Part shown: positions 59,275 to 64,000 of the stretch, piece by piece | Layout: each line of letters begins with the position of its first letter | Position numbering within the stretch: the first letter of the stretch is position 1 | DNA from: Podarcis vaucheri | Taxonomy: Eukaryota | DNA length: 64,000 nt | Strand: one strand, 5' to 3' | Assembly (NCBI GenBank): GCA_965113315.1 | Contig: OZ220365.1 | The notes under the pieces: model-generated | What the model was told of the DNA's origin: nothing | What the model saw: only the letters and a program-made list of their open reading frames with translations | Databases searched by the model: none | Position numbers and translations under genes: made by a program

Positions 59275-61418
59275 TATATTCTTTTAAAAACTGTTCAATT
59301 GTCAAAGGTTTCAGTGTCTGAGGGCTCTTCCTGTGATGGCCCCAGTTGGGTCGAGCCAAACCAAGGCAGGCCAGCCACTGGGAGGTCTGAAGACTTTTAT
59401 TCTTCTCTCGCCATGAAAAGCGCCCTCCTTTTTCAGTGACTCAGTGATTGCCCAGAGATAATGAAGAGAGAAGGCACCCCCTCATCACTGTGCCCTCCAC
59501 ACACCTAGCATTCAGGAAACAGCATCCATTGTGAATCTCTTTGCAGCTCTGATTGGCTGAAGCTCCAAACACGGCTTTTTCTTTCCTTTGTCCTTTTTCT
59601 TCATAACAGCAACATAGTCGCATCCTTGACAACGCCTTTGAGAAAAATGAAGCTCATTCAGAGAGCATTTCCCTCATTCTGAATGATCTTACTTTCCCCA
59701 AGTTCGGCCAGATTGCTAAATCTAATCAGCTATGTGATTGTGCTGCTGTTACTATCCTGACGCTGTGGTTTCAAAACAAAACAAAAATGGTGTTAGCGCA
59801 GCGGATTATCTGGAAGGAGGGCAGCACTAAAAAGATAAACTTGGAAAGCTCCTAACCTCCAAAGCGCTTCATTTGGCAAAATTAACTTCAATTATAAGAT
59901 ATCAATCAAATCAAAAGTTAAGAATGGAGTGGAAGTATTTTGAAGATTACATGTCAAAATATTGTTCTAAAAATGACATGCTGATAGGCTTAGAATAAAA
60001 AAGTAAGCAATAACAATAAAGAAAGAAGGAAAAATCAGAATGTAACAAAAATAACTTATTATAGAATGCAAGGAAAAAAGGTAGAAAGAAATATAAAGAA
60101 AGTCAAATTGCTGTGGAGGGAAGTAGAGGGTGGGTGGTGGGTTTTTTAATTAAGTGTATAATTAAGTAGCTGTTGTAATTTAGATATTATATTTTATGTG
60201 AAGGAATCATTGGGAATTTTGGTTATTATGTATATATGTTAAGTTTCAATAAAGATCTTTTTTTGGGGGGGGAATGGAAAAAATAAAAATAAGAATAATA
60301 AAAAGATAAGCTTGGGAAGCCCCTAACTTCCAAAGCGCTTCTTTGTGCCAAAAAATGCACAGTATTTAACTCAGGGTAATTTCACAATATTAGTACATAG
60401 TAGCTAGGAGAAGAAATGCGCTTTTCCCAGTGACTGTATCTTGCTGATTGGGTACTGGAAAGATGTGCTGTCCTCACACAACAGAAGCACAATTTGACAG
60501 GGAAGATGACTGAACCACCCACTAAAAATTGCAATTGTGTAGCAATTGTGGTTCAGCAAGATGATTTTCTCAGGACATAAAAGACAGTTACTTCCTCCAG
60601 CTGATTTACATTTACCGTCTTATTTCTGTCCTCTTCGTTTTGAACATCATAATTTTCCTGCAGAGATCATTGCATCCACACAGGAAATTCCAAGTCCGCC
60701 ATGTACATACCACTGTGTGCAAAGAATACACTCGTGTCTCTTTGGCCATGTAAACAAATGCTGAAAAAGACAGACACCTGCTTTAAATAAAACCCTACAC
60801 AGGTCTGTATAGGAAATTTTTCAGATACGTGGTGCTAGCAAAATCTGCATTTGAATAGCTAAGACATTTCAAAAGTAACTTCTATTGCGTGAGTTCAAGT
60901 CATCACAGATCTCTCCCCCACACTGGCAGAGCTGTCAAGCAGGAAAATGTTTGGAGTGCAGAGAAACTGAAATCATCTTCTTCTCCCCCCCTCCCCCATA
61001 AAACTAATTCAGAATTAGTCAGAAAGCTGTTAAGTGCTAAGAGAAAGACTTGCATGGAAACATAAGCAGCACAGGCAATTTCCCCTGAATAATTCTGGAA
61101 AGGATGTGAAACAAGGAAGATGACTTTTTATGTGTCTGCATCTTTAATCCCTGTAGATCAGAGTTATGAAACAGTGCCCTCCATATGTTCTTGGTCTACA
61201 ACTCCCATCGTTCCTGACTATGCTATTTGGGGCTGATGGGAATTAAGCCATTATCATATGCAGAGCCACAGGTTCCCAATCCTTGATGTAGAAATCAATT
61301 AGGAAAGGAATGCTGTAGGGCCATTTTTTTAAGCTGTAGAATTTAAGAAAAAACCTAATTGATCAGACGAAAGTCTAGTCCTGTCCAGTCCAGTCCAGTG
61401 TCCCTTTCACATAGTGTC

Positions 61419-62166
61419 TGTGATGTCAACATATGAGAGTGCTGGAGGTGAAATAGTTAAACAAGTTACCCAATCAGAACCCGGGGGGTGGAGTCAGAGG
61501 GACTATAAAACCAGCTCTGGGAGGGGTAAAGGGGGAGTTCGTTGGGAGTTGGGTGGCTGGTTGGAGTGGGAGTGAATTGGGATAGAGTCTGTGGGGAGGT
61601 TGAGTTACTGTAGCGAAATAAGCTGAGTCGGGAACAGTTAGGAACTAGGAAGAAGAAGAGTTTGGATTTGATATCCCGCTTTATCGCTACCCAAAGGAGT
61701 CTCAAAGCGACTAACATTCTCCTTTCCCTTCCTCCCCCACAACAAACACTGTGAGGTGAGTGGGGCTGAGAGACTTCAAAGAAGTGTGATTGGCCCAAGG
61801 TCACCCAGCAGCTGCATGTGGAGGAGCGGAGATGCGAACCTTGTTCACCAGATTACGAGTCTACCGCTCTTAACCCCTACACCACACTGACAAGTAAATA
61901 TCTGAGAGGCGGTTTAGTGAGTGAGAGCAGGTAGCGGAAGTTATAGGACTGGATAGGCACCCCATGTTTGTAATTGACCGATACCGTTTATGAAACCACA
62001 CGCTTGTAAAACTGCAATAAACCAACAAAAGTTTATGTTCCAATTTAACCCTGACTGGGCTCAGTATTGTACCAGGTAGGGCCTGGGTGGTGGCAGCGAG
62101 AAATAAAGTGGTGGCACAGGGATCAATAGACGGTGAAATGTCCGGGAACCCTGTGTGATTGCCACA
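61419..62166 (+). mobile_element. Solo LTR (TG...CA) with nested SINE
   Basis: tgtg...caca ends; CCAAT ~61470, TATAAAA ~61505, AATAAA ~62016; 5-bp TSD-like gtgtc/gtgac. Confidence 0.7.
61649..61889 (-). mobile_element. tRNA-derived SINE (Squam3-like) with (CTT)n tail
   Basis: Minus strand cagtgtggtgtagg..ggttcgcatc head and ctcttcttctt tail. Confidence 0.8.
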
Positions 62167-64000
62167 GTGACCAGCCAAATTAGAAGCAGGCCAGCACAAA
62201 AAGCCGTAGCTAAGTGGTACAGTGCTGGCTCAAGCCATTTTGGCATCTGAGGCAGACCCCGAAATAGAGACTCACTCCCTGCCAGGGAAGATCTACAACA
62301 GGAACAAGGGGAAAAGAAAGGCCAACATAGGGAGTTGCTGTCCTGGTGGACCTGCCATGTGTGGCAGTCGCTTCACCTTGCCTTATGGGTGGGCCGGTCC
62401 TGCTTTTAAATGGTCCCAAGTTCAGTCTCTGGTACTTCCAGGTCGGGTTTGGAAAGATTCCTACCTCAAACCCTGAGGAACTGTTGTTAGTGTCAACAGT
62501 ACTGAGCTAGATGGAACCATGGTCTGTCTTGGTATAAGGCAGCTTCTTCCTCTGTTCCTATGACACGACCATGACTGCACTCTTCTCCCAAATTATTGAT
62601 ATTCAGAAGTGCATTGCATCTGATACAGGAGGAAATATATAGCCATCGTGACTAGTAGCGTTTGCTAGCCTTATCCTCCATGAATTTGGTCTTATCACCC
62701 TTCAAAGCTGTCTGCGTTAGGGACCATTACTACATCTTGTGGCGGTACATGCCAGAGTTTAGTTACGCACTGTGGGACGAAGTATTTGCTTTTCTCTATC
62801 CTGATTCCCCCATCCTTTAGCTTAATTGGGTGAACCTGGGTCTTAGTAATACGGGAGATGGATAAAATTGTATCCACTTTTTCCACACTACATGAATAAT
62901 GTTATACTCATCGGCAGAAATCACCTCAGCCTTCTTTTAGATGTCTTCTGAAAATGAAATTGTTCAGATGGGCCTTTGTAATAGGAATTCCTGCTTTTTA
63001 ACAACCCAGTATTTACTGTGTTGTACAATCACCTTGTTACTCTTTTATGAAAGTGCAGATTATAAATACTTCAAATGATTGAATGAATGAATGAATGCAT
63101 GCTGTTGGAAGGTGACTTTGAAGTAATTGGCTGCAAGCTATTACTTTAAGCAAGCTTGTATCTCTTGGCCTTAGTTTGGGCTCCAAGGGTCAAACCACAC
63201 TTTCAGGCCCTTGACAGAGAAAGTCAAAAGAGTAGACCCTTTTCCTGAAAATGTATGGCACTAAAAATAGAGACAAGGCCATATTAATGGGGCAAGTAGT
63301 TTGCAGACAGAAATGTCAATCATCCTCAGATGGGGAATAATGCTTTCACTAAGGCCTCTTTTGCTGACTGGGCAATTGCTGAGGTCACACATGAGATCCC
63401 AATGAAAATGAGCTGGGAAAAGACAGAAGTGCATCCAAAGTTTCATCTGGTCCACGCTACAGACCCTGACACAGTGAGCCAGGAAAGCCAGAATTCATTC
63501 CAGCTACTGAAATGTCAGAGGGAAAATGTCTTGCATGAGTGGCTGGCAGCTGATAAGGCAATCATTCGTTTTATTGCAGGTCACACTCTCAAGGGCATTG
63601 CCTGCAGACCAGCAGTACCCCAGAACAAATCCTCTCACACATGCATAGGAAAAACCCACTGAGATTGTTTCCTAATGAGAGCTTTATGTGGGGCTGAATG
63701 TACCATTAGGTAGAATGAGGCAGCTGCCTCAGGTAAATGATAAAAAACTGTCAGTAATTTATTATTATTGCTTGTTAAAAATTTTTTTACAGTTAGAGAA
63801 TGAGAGAAGTGATTGTGGTGCTTTCTGACTCAGGTACCATGATAACTCGGTTGGCCTTAAGCACTGTGGGCTTTGACTTAGGGGAGGAAGCACTCTTTGC
63901 TCCTTGCAAAATGTCTTAGGTAGGCGTTGGTTTAGGAGTATCCAATGGCTGTTGGTTCAGTAAAATGGGACAGGAGGCATTGGAACAGCTCCCATGTACT

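Overview
Vertebrate (squamate, most likely lacertid lizard, judged from Sauria-type SINEs, RTE-BovB and CR1) genomic DNA. A CpG island at ~0.5-3.9 kb carries several candidate + strand first exons of an unidentified host gene; the rest looks like one long, repeat-rich intron. The two main elements are (1) a full-length, uninterrupted ~5.8-kb RTE-X-like non-LTR retrotransposon (12880-18676, 16-bp TSD) whose ORF2 has no AUG before the end of its endonuclease domain and overlaps ORF1 in the -1 frame at a correctly phased U UUU UUA slippery heptamer, and (2) a composite Penelope/Poseidon-like retroelement locus (30227-33901) in an (AT)n microsatellite, with inverted pseudo-LTR segments, four hammerhead ribozyme cores and an RT+GIY-YIG ORF. 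A second hammerhead-bearing Penelope-type repeat family, many SINEs, MITEs, CR1/BovB/L2 fragments, a solo LTR, an inverted (twin-primed) SINE and a SINE-mediated 1.2-kb duplication are also present. Family names rest on motif recognition by eye, not on database searches.
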